NCBI GenBank assembly: GCA_951406725.2 | Contig: OX597826.1 | Span: forward strand, 63,860,001-63,924,000 | Reading direction: 5' to 3' | Length of the DNA: 64,000 bases | DNA from: Octopus vulgaris | Lineage: Eukaryota | Shown here: piece after piece, positions 27,722-37,081 of the stretch | How the letters are laid out: the number at the start of each line of letters is the position of its first letter | Position numbering within the stretch: the first letter of the stretch is position 1 | Notes under the pieces: model-generated | What the model was told of the DNA's origin: nothing | The model's database searches: none | What the model saw: only the letters and a program-made list of their open reading frames with translations | Translations under genes and position numbers: made by a program

Positions 27722-30313
27722 ATGTGTGAAGTGGCCAAAAGATCATGTGTGTCACCCACCAGTTACCAATGTTACAGTCTAGGGTTTATGTTGAATGTGG
27801 CATCCTTTTTCATGTTCTTGCATATGTCGTGTTGCTTCATTAATGACATGATTGTAAGTATGGAGATGTTCTTTGATTCAGATGTTCAATCACTGAATCA
27901 TGTTGCCTATGTAATATTTACTGCATTTGGTGTACTGGATACAATGTTGGTTTGTCTGTATTATGGATGGGGCAGTTGGCTAGTGCTCAAAGGGAGCTTT
28001 TTACTAGCTAGGTGTTTTAGTAAGGAAGATTCTAACAGCAAGCTATATAGCTAGCCCTTCCCCACAAATGGTCTTGCAGACAGCAGTGATAGCATTTTCA
28101 CTGAAGGGTAGTAACTTTGGAAAACAGGTATTGGAAGAGGCTGGGGGTTTTGAATGCAAATAGTAGTGGATCCTAGTTATCTCTTGACTTTCAGCACCTT
28201 GTTTGACATAGATAGCATGATCTGCTTCACCGCACTTGTTCTGGATATGGGTGAGTTCATTTCATAAGTAGCTCAGCTCTGATAGAGAGGCTCAATTTGC
28301 AGTGGATGAATAGATCTCTGAAAGCAGCTTTCTTGTAAAAGTTGGAGCTGATGTCACCTGCTTCAGTTCTCATTAAAGTTCTTACTTCATTCTCTCTCTC
28401 TCTCTCCATTACAAAATATAGTTAGCCTAATTACATCTTAAATCTTCGAGGACACATGAACTATCAAAATAATAATGTATCGACTACTCTAATCATCATC
28501 TCCTTATTTCATGTCTGCATATTTTTATGTTTGACATGGGTTAGACAGAATCCCATGGTTGAGGTCAGTACATATTTATGGGGGAACTATGGAGGATCAC
28601 AACTCAGCATTCTATTATTTCCTGGATGCCCTTCCTAACACCAACTGCTTTACAGAGCATGCTGGGTGCTTTTATAATGGCACCAGTATAAGATGGTTGT
28701 CACATCCTTGATAAAACTAAAGGGTTCTCACAACCCTACACTTGCATTTTTTGAAGCACTAGCACTTCAGAGGTAGCCATATCTTTAACATGTTTAAAAG
28801 AACTACATGACTCTGCTTGTCTGTTTGCTTACTACCTATTTACAAGTGAGAGGTATGAGTGAAAGCTTGACTTAAGCCCTTCACTTCCTATGGAGCATAG
28901 ACTACCAACAACTATTCTCCACTGTTCTTCACTCTGAGCTGCCTCTTCTGCTTCTCTCATAAGTTTCTCTGAGGGAAGGCCTTCTTCTACTAGGTCTTGT
29001 TGATTTTGAATTGTCATTGATGCTTTTGTAATTTTGCTTTCTTCTTGGTAGGAGTGTTGGCCCTATGCAAACATCTTTTTACTGTTGAGAAAAAGTGGTC
29101 CATATTAGTCTGGCTTTTGACCTGTCCAGTGTAAGAGGTCCTCCAAGGGGCTTGTGTTCTGCTGACTCAGGATCATTGAGATACACAAACCACCACACAA
29201 CAACAAAAACTGAACCTTGTGGTGGCATGCGTGAATAATAGTCAGAAGTGGGGTGAGTGGTATGGGTATTCAGTATTCTGAGACATATACACATAGTCAA
29301 GGCAGTATGGTTAAAAAAAGACAAGGTAATGATAGAAGACATGACCTACAACAGTGTTTCTCAACAAAGGTCCATATGGTCCCTGGGGATCTGTATCAAA
29401 TTTTGTTGTCAAAATTTATGTGCAATAAACAAGTTATATTTCTACAATACACAAGATATTTTAATAATTGCTTTTATACAATTTCTAATAATATTTAATT
29501 ATAAAAATATAATAGGATTTTTTTAAACACCAAATGCCGAGGAGGGGCCATCCAAGTAATATAGGAATCACAGGAGTTCATAGGTAAAAAATGGTTGGGA
29601 AACACTGACTTACAAGAGAGAGAGAGACTCAAGATATGTGGGGGGAAAAGGAACAAGAGTATAATGGTAGACAGAGAGTGACAAGGTAATGACAAGCAAT
29701 ACGGGAGGAGAGGGTGAAGTCAGAGTGAACTGAGCATTGGTCCAATGCAGTCTCCTATACGTTGACTTTGAGATGGGCCAGAAGGTTGAGTGATGAGGTT
29801 GACACTAGGGAGAATAGAAAGCAAGCAGGTGCTGTACCAATGACTTTAAAGATTGGCAGAAAAATGAGTGAAAGGGAGTAGAGAGAGAGTAACAAAGTGT
29901 TGGAGATGCAGCAATAGTAGATTTAGCAGTATATATATATATATATATATATATATACAAACATATAAGGGATGGCCATAATAGGACATCCGACTCACTT
30001 GGCTTTTCTGCTGACGAGGCAACGCCAGTGGTAAATAAATTGATTAAATTAATTTATTTACAAAAGATTGCCGAAACTATGCATAGTCCAGAAAGGAGAG
30101 GGTAAACGTTTTTATTTCTCTTTCCATTTCAGAATTACAACTATTAGTGGTTTGGAGTTTGGCTGCTCTTTCTAGTGAGTCGGATGTCCTATTATGGCCA
30201 TCCCTTATATGTTTGAATGTATATTATATAGTCTATTGACTAGATTTTCTTTCTCACTTGACCGCTGGTGGCGGAGAATTTTTCTAGAATTTTTTGCTAC
30301 CCTAAAATTTATT

Positions 30314-30361
<48 letters not shown>

Positions 30362-31934
30362 TGTTCGGTATACATCAACACCACTGCTTTCGTTATTTTT
30401 GATCTGCCATGTTTGCATTGCTGATTGGATCTTCTATGGTCAGCTTTCCACCATCACTGTGAATTGTCAACCAGCATGGTCTTTCACATCCCCCTCCATG
30501 CAACATCTTGAGATCGTTTTTCACCACTTCATTTTAAATATTCTTTGATTTCCCTCTTCCACTGTTACAACTCTTTTGAGCATTTGGTATTTCTTTATAC
30601 AGCTGTCATCCTCCATATACATCACATGTCCATACCAACACAGTGTTCTTTTGTATACTACACCTAACTTTACTTGTATTCAATTTTAATATCAATATTT
30701 AATATGATTCTCTCAAAATATATATATCAAAATATAATATGATTTTTCAGACCTTAAAAGATGAAAACTTTTGTGATATTCAGCTTGATCTCCAATAATT
30801 ATCAAGTGTTTTAATCCTAGATGTGTACATATTACAGAACTGGGAGCTTTTATTTTTAAACTAAGAGTTAATAATGCTCTGATGCACAAGAGTTACTACT
30901 CTAGATTTAAAATTAAAGATTCTAAGTTCAAATCTAATTTGGCACTATGTACACATCCCAGAGACGCAATGGCCCAGTGGTTAGGGCAGCGGACTCGCGG
31001 TCGTAGGATCGCGGTTTCGATTCCCAGACCGGGCATTGTGTTTCTTGAGCGAAAACACCTAAAGCTTCACGAGGCTCCTGCAGGGGGTGGTGGTGAACCC
31101 TGCTGTACTCTTTCACCACAACTTTCTCTCACTCTTTCTTCCTGTTTCTTTTGTACCTGTATTTCGAAGGGCCAGCCTTGTCACACTGAATCTCCTCGAG
31201 AACTACGTTAAGGGTACACGTGTCTGTGGAGTGCTCAGCCACTTGCACGTTAATTCCATGAGCAAGCTGTTCCGTTGATCGTATCAGCTGGGACCCTCAT
31301 CGTCGTAACCGACAGAGTGCTCCTACACATCCCAGAATTCATTAATAGTCTAAAAAAAATTAAATATATTTACAGTAATACATCTCAGACATTTACATCT
31401 TTTCATCAAAATGTATCTTTTGTTACCTACCTTTCCAGACTTTTCTTGGTTTTCTTTTGTGGCAGTATTTTTGTCAGGAAGTGTTTCTTTATTGTTCTCG
31501 TCTTTGTTATCTAAAGATAAAGACAGTCTCTTCAGGTTACAGTCCTGTAAAACATCACTCTGGTCGTCTTCCTCAGAGAAGTTACTTTTCATACGATTGT
31601 CATCACTTTCATCGGTGATTCGAACATCTTCCATATCAGATTTAGGTAACTGTACATTATCAACCTGTGGTGTGGTCATTTCACTGGAAATGGTGCTATC
31701 AGAGCTCTCGAAAGAGTTCATAAATTTATCGACAATTTCTTCATCAGTTGACTTGGCCATTTTACCTTTCTTTTTTTGTTGGTTTTTCTTATTTTTGCCT
31801 TTGGAGGTTTTATTGTCGTTTTTGCCACTGCTTGTTTGGGGTGTTAGTTGGCCTTTCTTGCTAGTGTGTGAGACAGGTATGTCGTCACCTTCACCAGCAC
31901 TGGCAAAGGCTCCATCATCTTCAGAATCAGACAT
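5920..31934 (-). CDS. FAM114A2: FAM114A2/FAM114A1 (Noxp20)-family protein, 12 coding exons, ~612 aa
   Basis: Joined exons 31934-31431, 26906-26822, 22587-22465, 19076-18916, 17703-17451, 14181-14011, 13452-13361, 12183-12100, 9609-9470, 7713-7638, 6902-6846, 6012-5920 total 1839 nt, all GT-AG with matching phases. Motifs [63 protein letters not shown] and [16 protein letters not shown] match the human FAM114A2 sequence as recalled. A1 versus A2 orthology cannot be resolved (probably a single co-ortholog). Confidence 0.92.
6846..6902 (-). CDS. FAM114A2: FAM114A2 coding exon 11 ([19 protein letters not shown])
   Basis: ctcttgcag| ... GAA|gtaaga; 57 nt, phase 0-0. Confidence 0.88.
7638..7713 (-). 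CDS. FAM114A2: FAM114A2 coding exon 10 ([25 protein letters not shown])
   Basis: tttcttcag| ... GCT|gtaagt; 76 nt, phase 2-0. Confidence 0.88.
9470..9609 (-). CDS. FAM114A2: FAM114A2 coding exon 9 ([30 protein letters not shown]...)
   Basis: actatag| ... AG|gtacat; 140 nt, phase 0-2. Confidence 0.9.
11234..11811 (+). mobile_element. Second Helitron-like non-autonomous element with an internal ~280-bp-period tandem duplication
   Basis: A|TC 5' end, CTAG|T 3' end; ~11328-11505 recurs at ~11609-11770 (TGTGAGTAGAA.TCATG..TGGAAACC...CTTAGATTGTTGAAAA). Confidence 0.5.
11935..11992. repeat. 20-bp tandem repeat x3 (TAGGGGACTAAACAAACAAT)
   Basis: Direct reading of the sequence. Confidence 0.9.
12100..12183 (-). 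CDS. FAM114A2: FAM114A2 coding exon 8 ([28 protein letters not shown])
   Basis: tttcttcag| ... AAG|gtgaaa; 84 nt, phase 0-0; aligns to the human ARNTAHEWI segment. Confidence 0.82.
13361..13452 (-). CDS. FAM114A2: FAM114A2 coding exon 7 ([31 protein letters not shown])
   Basis: ttttgcag| ... AAG|gtaagt; 92 nt, phase 1-0. Confidence 0.88.
14011..14181 (-). CDS. FAM114A2: FAM114A2 coding exon 6 ([19 protein letters not shown]...AIEDE)
   Basis: atttcag| ... G|gtattt; 171 nt, phase 1-1. Confidence 0.9.
15653..16921 (+). mobile_element. Full-length defective mariner (Tc1/mariner) DNA transposon, ~1.27 kb
   Basis: TIRs TCAGGTCATCCCATAAG.TCTGTC / GACAGA.CTTATGGGATGACCTGA with TA target duplication; internal transposase with [14 protein letters not shown] and [12 protein letters not shown] motifs. 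Confidence 0.95.
15828..16846 (+). pseudogene. Mariner transposase pseudogene
   Basis: ATG at 15828 ([18 protein letters not shown]), frameshifts in A-runs, internal stops, degenerate catalytic motifs (TGEKK for TGDEK, QNNA for HDNA) and an in-frame deletion within YSPDLAPSD. Confidence 0.92.
17451..17703 (-). CDS. FAM114A2: FAM114A2 coding exon 5 ([21 protein letters not shown]...FEDYQ)
   Basis: ttgttccag| ... G|gtttct; 253 nt; conserved core of the family. Confidence 0.92.
18916..19076 (-). CDS. FAM114A2: FAM114A2 coding exon 4 (...[21 protein letters not shown])
   Basis: gaacag| ... AAG|gtaagc; 161 nt, phase 1-0. Confidence 0.88.
22465..22587 (-). CDS. FAM114A2: FAM114A2 coding exon 3 ([27 protein letters not shown]...)
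   Basis: ctttcag| ... G|gtaagg; 123 nt, phase 1-1. Confidence 0.88.
22621..22875 (+). repeat. 32-bp minisatellite x8 (CACAAAGTATGGAAAGCTAGCAGTGCCAAAAT)
   Basis: Head-to-tail units starting at 22621, 22653, 22685, 22717, 22749, 22781, 22813 and 22845; no spacers. Confidence 0.95.
24093..24262. repeat. Compound (TA)n/(TG)n/(TATG)n microsatellite, representative of many in the window (e.g. 5560-5700, 7380-7418, 11026-11073, 23682-23727, 27668-27720, 52696-52812)
   Basis: Direct reading; these runs produce the YIYI/VCVC/HTHT pseudo-ORFs in the track. Confidence 0.95.
25329..25552 (-). repeat. Same 32-bp minisatellite x7, inverted
   Basis: Seven reverse-complement units. Confidence 0.95.
26822..26906 (-). 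CDS. FAM114A2: FAM114A2 coding exon 2 ([28 protein letters not shown])
   Basis: cttttag| ... G|gtaagt; 85 nt; WG motif characteristic of FAM114A. Confidence 0.9.
27790..28372 (-). mobile_element. Decayed Penelope-like element ORF remnant (RT C-terminal region plus GIY-YIG endonuclease)
   Basis: Minus strand, with frameshifts and stops, gives [17 protein letters not shown] (like the PLE VYRKPTHTDxYLH motif) and [26 protein letters not shown] (like the GIY-YIG VY..C..C..YIG.T.R.L..RI.EH motif; YYIG at 27916-27905). Confidence 0.6.
28860..29070 (-). mobile_element. Degenerate RTE-like LINE 3' end
   Basis: [23 protein letters not shown] resembles RTE C-termini (AQDR..WR.LV.GLCS). Confidence 0.55.
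29352..29607. mobile_element. hAT-like MITE
   Basis: TIRs CAGTGTTTCTCAAC / GTTGGGAAACACTG with an 8-bp TSD ACCTACAA/ACTTACAA. Confidence 0.8.
29958..30318 (+). mobile_element. Small hammerhead-bearing element with perfect 42-bp inverted repeats, inserted in (TA)n; probably Penelope-like pLTR derived
   Basis: 29958-29999 is the exact reverse complement of 30174-30215; hammerhead in between; (TA)n runs on both sides. Confidence 0.7.
30005..30094 (+). ncRNA. Type I hammerhead ribozyme (Penelope/retrozyme-like)
   Basis: Stem I TTTCTG(30005-10)/CAGAAA(30089-94); core CTGACGA(30011-17); stem II GGCAA/TTGCC with a long internal hairpin; GAAA(30073-76); palindromic stem III CTATGCATAG; GUC cleavage triplet at 30086-30088. 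Confidence 0.85.
30963..31323 (+). mobile_element. tRNA-derived SINE family B, young copy with 13-bp TSD; older relatives at ~53455-53775(+) and ~48356-48545(-)
   Basis: tRNA-like head TGGCCCAGTGGTTAGGGC...GGTTTCGATTCCC; TSD TACACATCCCAGA at 30950-30962 and 31324-31336. Confidence 0.88.
31431..31934 (-). CDS. FAM114A2: FAM114A2 coding exon 1 ([16 protein letters not shown]...EKSGK), acidic low-complexity N-terminus
   Basis: Acceptor tttttctag|AACCATG (exon starts 31938); donor AAG|gtaggt; 504 nt, phase 0; lies in ORF 31350-31952. Confidence 0.85.
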
Positions 31935-34900
31935 GGTTCTAGAAAAATACAAAAACTTATGTCAATAAAGTATATAATATTGAGTAAAAATTATAATATT
32001 ATTGAATTATAGCACGAGTGGCTTTAGATGATTAAGAAACTCACTTTGACATATGGTTTCAGATTCAGTCCTACTGTACAGTACCTTAGGCAAGGATATT
32101 CTACAATAGCCCAGGGTCAACTAATGCCACATGAGGGAATTTGGTACACAGAAACTGTGTGGAATCCCATTGTATATGTGTGTGTCTTTATGGTTTTGTT
32201 TGTCCCTCACCCATCACTTGAAAACTAGTGTTGGTTTGTTTACATCCACATAACTTAGCAGTTTGGCAAAAGAAACTGACAGAATAAGTGCCAGACTTAA
32301 AATAGCCCGGTGGTCAATGTAGTTGACTAAACCCTTCAAGGTGGTGCCCTAGCATGGCCACAGTCCAATGACTGAAACAAATGAAAGGGAAAAAGGGTGT
32401 GACTGAGGAGGATTTCTTAAACCATAACGATTCTGCCAATCCACTGCCTTTAATAATTGCTTCTCATTAAGGCACAAGACCAGCAATTTAGAGGTGTGGA
32501 CACAGGGTTAGTTGATACCAGTACTTTACTGGTTCTTTATTTTGTTGAATCCCAGAAGGATGAAAGGCAAAGATGACCTCAGCAGTATTTGAACTCAGAA
32601 TGAAAAGAGCCAGAATAAATAGTACAAGACATTGTGCTTGATGTTCTAACAATTCTAACTAATCAACCATCCTACTACTACTAAATAATAATAATCCTTT
32701 TTACTAAAGGCACAAGGCCTGAAATTTAGTCGAGTGTTTCATTGGTACTTAATTTATTGACCCTAAATGGATGAAAGGCAAAGTCGAACTTGGTGGAATT
32801 TGAACTCAGAACATAAAGACAGATGAAATGCCATTAAGCATTTTGCCTGGTGTGCTAACAATTCTGAAATAAACAAAAGGGTCAATTGAGCAAATTTTTT
32901 AAAATTAGAAACCAAATTTTTGTAAGGAAGGTAGGGGAGGTACAACCAACTAAATCTACCTCAGTATATTACTGTCAGAAATTTAAACTGTCGTCTTACA
33001 AGCAATTTTTTTGAACAAAGAGCAAGTGTTACTGTTTTCCATAAGGTTCTATTTTCATAATAAATCGTCATATGTTTGTTTCCAGTATGAAGGTATAGGA
33101 ATGTTTACAGTTCTCCAGAAAAATCAACCTCTCAAGATATATTAAGACTCTCAGTTTGAATAAACTGTTGTCAAAGCATCAAATATGAAGTACATATTTT
33201 AAAGACAGGAAATCTCCAAACATACAAAAGCAAACCTTAAAAACTCATCCATGACTTAGAATTGTTAGAGTATCAAGTAATTCTAAGAATTAAAGAATGG
33301 TAGAGGACTTTTGATAAGCATTTCATCAGGTAGTGAAAACAGTGAAATTTAGTAACAATTGGTATTTAAATTATTGTATAGGTAGAAAAGAAATATGTGA
33401 AGGCATCATTATTGGAACAAGTAAAGCCATAGTCGGAGTCTTTTTAATGATTCCCTGAGTTTAAATCAGAATCATATTATATAAGAAGGTTATGTCTTAA
33501 AAGTATTGAGGAACACAAGTTAAATGAAAACATTTACGTGCACCTTTTCATACAAATAAACACATAAGATGTTTAAAATGCATAAGGCTGAAAAAAGAAT
33601 CTGCTTAGATTGAACTGCTAGGCCAATTCAAAGACATTGTTGCAATATTGGGAGTGCAAAAGTCTTCCAAACATCTATAAAACTAATGATGCTATCCAAA
33701 TTAAGAAAAACGTTAACATATTGGTTTGCCATATACACAAGTCCAAGCTGGCAATGAGATTCTGTAGCTTTTGGATACCAAATTCTACTCACAAGATATT
33801 AGTCAGCTGAAGACTATGACAGACGATAGTTGCCCAAAGTGCCTCATAGTGCGTTCGAACTTAGAACCATATAGCTTCAAAGCAAATGTTTTTAACCACA
33901 CAGCTACGTAGTAAGGAAGTGTCCCAGCAAACCACCCCTACAGTTCAATTTTTATTTCTAGTTGCTGCCATTTCGTTTCTCCTACATCTTTAATGCTAGA
34001 AAGAAAATGTATGCACATCACATGATGTTTTTCACCCTTTCAATAAATCTTGAGACCGAGTATATATATTTAATTAAATTCACTATAAGGTAAATGGCGT
34101 ATATTTGTATTTTGGTGAATTCAATTCATGGGTTAAAGAGAAAGGTTCTTCGTGGTCGCTCGGCCTGGTAGGAATAGCAACCAAATTCCGTCAAACCACA
34201 CTCTACATTCTTAAAACAGAAAGGACACACTGCACAATGTAGTCCTTGATATACGAAAAGACATGAAGGTCAAGGACAGATTTCTTTTTTGTCACTGTTG
34301 AATCACGGTTGGCATAGAGTTAAAAATAACAATAATTGCTAGAAACTTATATATAATATTAATAATAAAGATTAGCAGCAACAACAATAACAAAAGGACA
34401 TGTTAAATCAACTGGAATCCGATGTATTATTATTGCAAGAGACAGTAACCAATTTAAGCACGCAGCATTCTTCTAAAATCTTACAACGTGGATAAAACAC
34501 TTCACAAGTTCCATGTTTTCACACACTATTTTTCGTTCACCCTCACCCGATGTTCTCAACATCTCCCGTATGTTTTACAATCATCTGAATTTCAAGGAAT
34601 TTCTTCTTCTGGGACCAACCATCCGAGTCGCATTTAAGTTTATGTCAACGAACTCTAGCGTTTGTCACAGATCGTAGTTTTTTATCGATTTTTTTTTTTT
34701 TATATCAGTCTTTTTCTAATTAGTAATCCATTATCACAGATTTATATGATACGTTTCTACCGCAATCGGGGTGACTGCTATATTACTACATAATATTTAC
34801 AAAAGTATACAGAAAGAAATAACAAAAAAGAAAGAAAGAAAGACAAAAAATCGGTAATTGATAAGCAAAGTATAAAGGAATGTACACTCAATTAATTAAT

Positions 34901-35740
34901 TATGCACCATGCCAAGTTGTGGGGGAGGGGCACACTGTTTATATCGTGTATGAATCGAACTTGCCAAGCATGAAATATATCTGAACAAGTGGCTAATTTT
35001 ATAATCAGTTCGATAAGTTAGATGATATAATAACGTGACAACCCGATTCACGAAGGCGCTTCTACGCGGCCACCCGACTTACTAGAAGTAGCAGACAAAC
35101 CACCCTCGACACACACACGCCTTACCGTCTTTAAATGTAGTTAGTTTTAAATACCATTAAAAAGAAAAGGGCGGGACGGTCTCCCAGGTTTGCTAAACAA
35201 TAATAACAACGTGATATTACACAACAGGTTGCTGTCCATATTCCCACGACTGGATTTTCAAAGCTCTCTCGCAACGACATAATTAGAACACTTGTTAATT
35301 ATACATCGAATTTTGATCACTTTTTTCCACTCAGTGGTTGTGTATTTACGCGAGGACAGCCTCTCTCTCTTTTTATATTATATAAATATAAATATACGAT
35401 ATGCAATTTCTGTTTATTTAATTATATATTCTATCTTTACACACACACACACCTCTGAAGGAGATGTTATTACAATATATAAACAAAGGGAATGATAAAG
35501 AAAACAAGTCAAAAGAAAGACAACTGAAAATAGTAGAAATGTGAAATAAATGCAATGAATGACGTAGTATATATTATCTATAAATTAACCCAGACGTTGC
35601 TGAGGGTAGGAATTTTTTTGCTGCAGCAAATTCTTTTCTTTTCTTTTTTTTTTTTTTTTTAATAACATCTGGTGACAATTGAAGACAGCTGACGGGATTA
35701 ATATTTATTGTGTTGCTGTAAAACTATCGTGAATACTCAC

Positions 35741-35905
35741 CAAATTCACTAGCTATAATCTTTCAACCAAATTATTCACCGTTAGTGCAGGAGATGCTAC
35801 ATGTAATGTCGGTGAACGAAGGAGTATCATCAACAATAATAATAACAACAGTGATTCTTTCCCAGCAGAAGACACGTCGCTGGCTTCGTCGTCGTCGTCA
35901 CTCAC
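35741..35905 (-). other. FAM114A2: Probable non-coding first (5'UTR) exon of FAM114A2
   Basis: The ATG exon begins at a splice acceptor, so an upstream exon is required. Strong donor TTG|gtgagt at 35741/35740 in a CpG-enriched, repeat-free tract next to an NRF1-type motif. The TSS position is a guess. Confidence 0.55.
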
Positions 35906-36469
35906 TTAAACTAGATAGCTGTGCGCATGCGTAATATCAAGTTGGCCAAAAAGTAAAAGGACCAGTATTTCACAGTTTGGACTCAACTGACTTTGAGTCT
36001 GTCCGCATAGCTAAATTGATCCGAGAGTCGCGAGTTCGAGTCCCTCTGCAGATGCATCATTTTCTTTGAGAGAAATTATAATTAAAATAACTATTATTAT
36101 GTGGGAAGAGTCCTAATTAACAAAGTTCATAAACACACTCATCGATTGTTGTTTGTCTATATTTCATTTCTTTTACTTTTTTCAAGGCTGTTGATGTTCG
36201 TTTGTGTCCCCCAAAATATTTATAGAGATGTAGCAACAGTTAAATGATTTAAAAATTGTATAACTTTTAAAATGGATAGAAACGTTCTAGTGAAAAATAT
36301 TTGGGGAGTCATGAACAGACATCAACTGCTTTGGGAGGGAAGAAAAGAGAAATATAGACAAACAATTGGTGAGTGTACTTATAATATAAAAATATTGGTT
36401 TCAACAGTTTCAGATCAAAAACTTTTTAATTACAAAACAAAATCGAAAATTTAAATAACTTTTTAAGAC

Positions 36470-36504
<35 letters not shown>

Positions 36505-37066
36505 CCTGTATGTGAGTAGGAAACATTCTTCAAAGAAGTTTTTGTCCTCTCATTGCTTGGATCAAATATTTTTCTGTTTCTATATTAAATATATGAGACC
36601 CTCCTACGAGTATATAAGGTCTCTCTTTAGGGCAAAAATTTGGATGGAGTTGTTAAAAATATATACCAATAGTGTACCCTTTCAATATCAACCCACCCAA
36701 GACTGCTTCCTGTTCCAAACTTCGCGTTTTCAAGAGATCTAAATTAAAACTCCCCATTAAAACATCCATGTTCATTTATGTTTGAGATCCCAGATTAATA
36801 AGGACAAAATTATTTTAACTAAATACTTCATGAATTTCAAAATTAATTTAAATAAAGCAATGAATTTTAATTAAAAAATGGTAACAAAAGGATCAAATAG
36901 ATTCAGTTGATAGTTATAACTATCCTATATAAATATAGATTTGTATTTAATAAATTAGTGAATGTATTCCTTAAAAACTATTTTAAAATAGGTACAAATC
37001 AGCTGAACGTGTCACACTTGTTTTAGTAGTATACTCGTGTTGAGTGCAATCAAGTCAGAGTCAAAA
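35900..37066. promoter_or_regulatory. Divergent (bidirectional) promoter region FAM114A2 <- -> ZMAT2, with NRF1/Ewg-type motif TGCGCATGCG at 35922-35931
   Basis: Head-to-head gene arrangement, locally retained CpGs (roughly 34100-37800) and a palindromic GCGCATGCG motif. Confidence 0.6.
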
Positions 37067-37081
37067 ATGGCTTCCTACGAG
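37067..37081 (+). CDS. ZMAT2: ZMAT2 exon 1 coding part (MASYE)
   Basis: AAAAATGGCT Kozak-like context, GAG|gtattt donor, phase 0 matches exon 2. Confidence 0.8.

Noticed and set aside
28832-29017. Acidic ORF as an additional FAM114A2 exon
   Set aside because: Resembles an RTE LINE C-terminus, and the flanking exons already join in phase without it.
30963-31035. tRNA-like sequence
   Set aside because: Head of a SINE with body and TSD; no proper acceptor stem.
31411-31968. 185-aa plus-strand ORF
   Set aside because: Antisense shadow of the FAM114A2 first coding exon.
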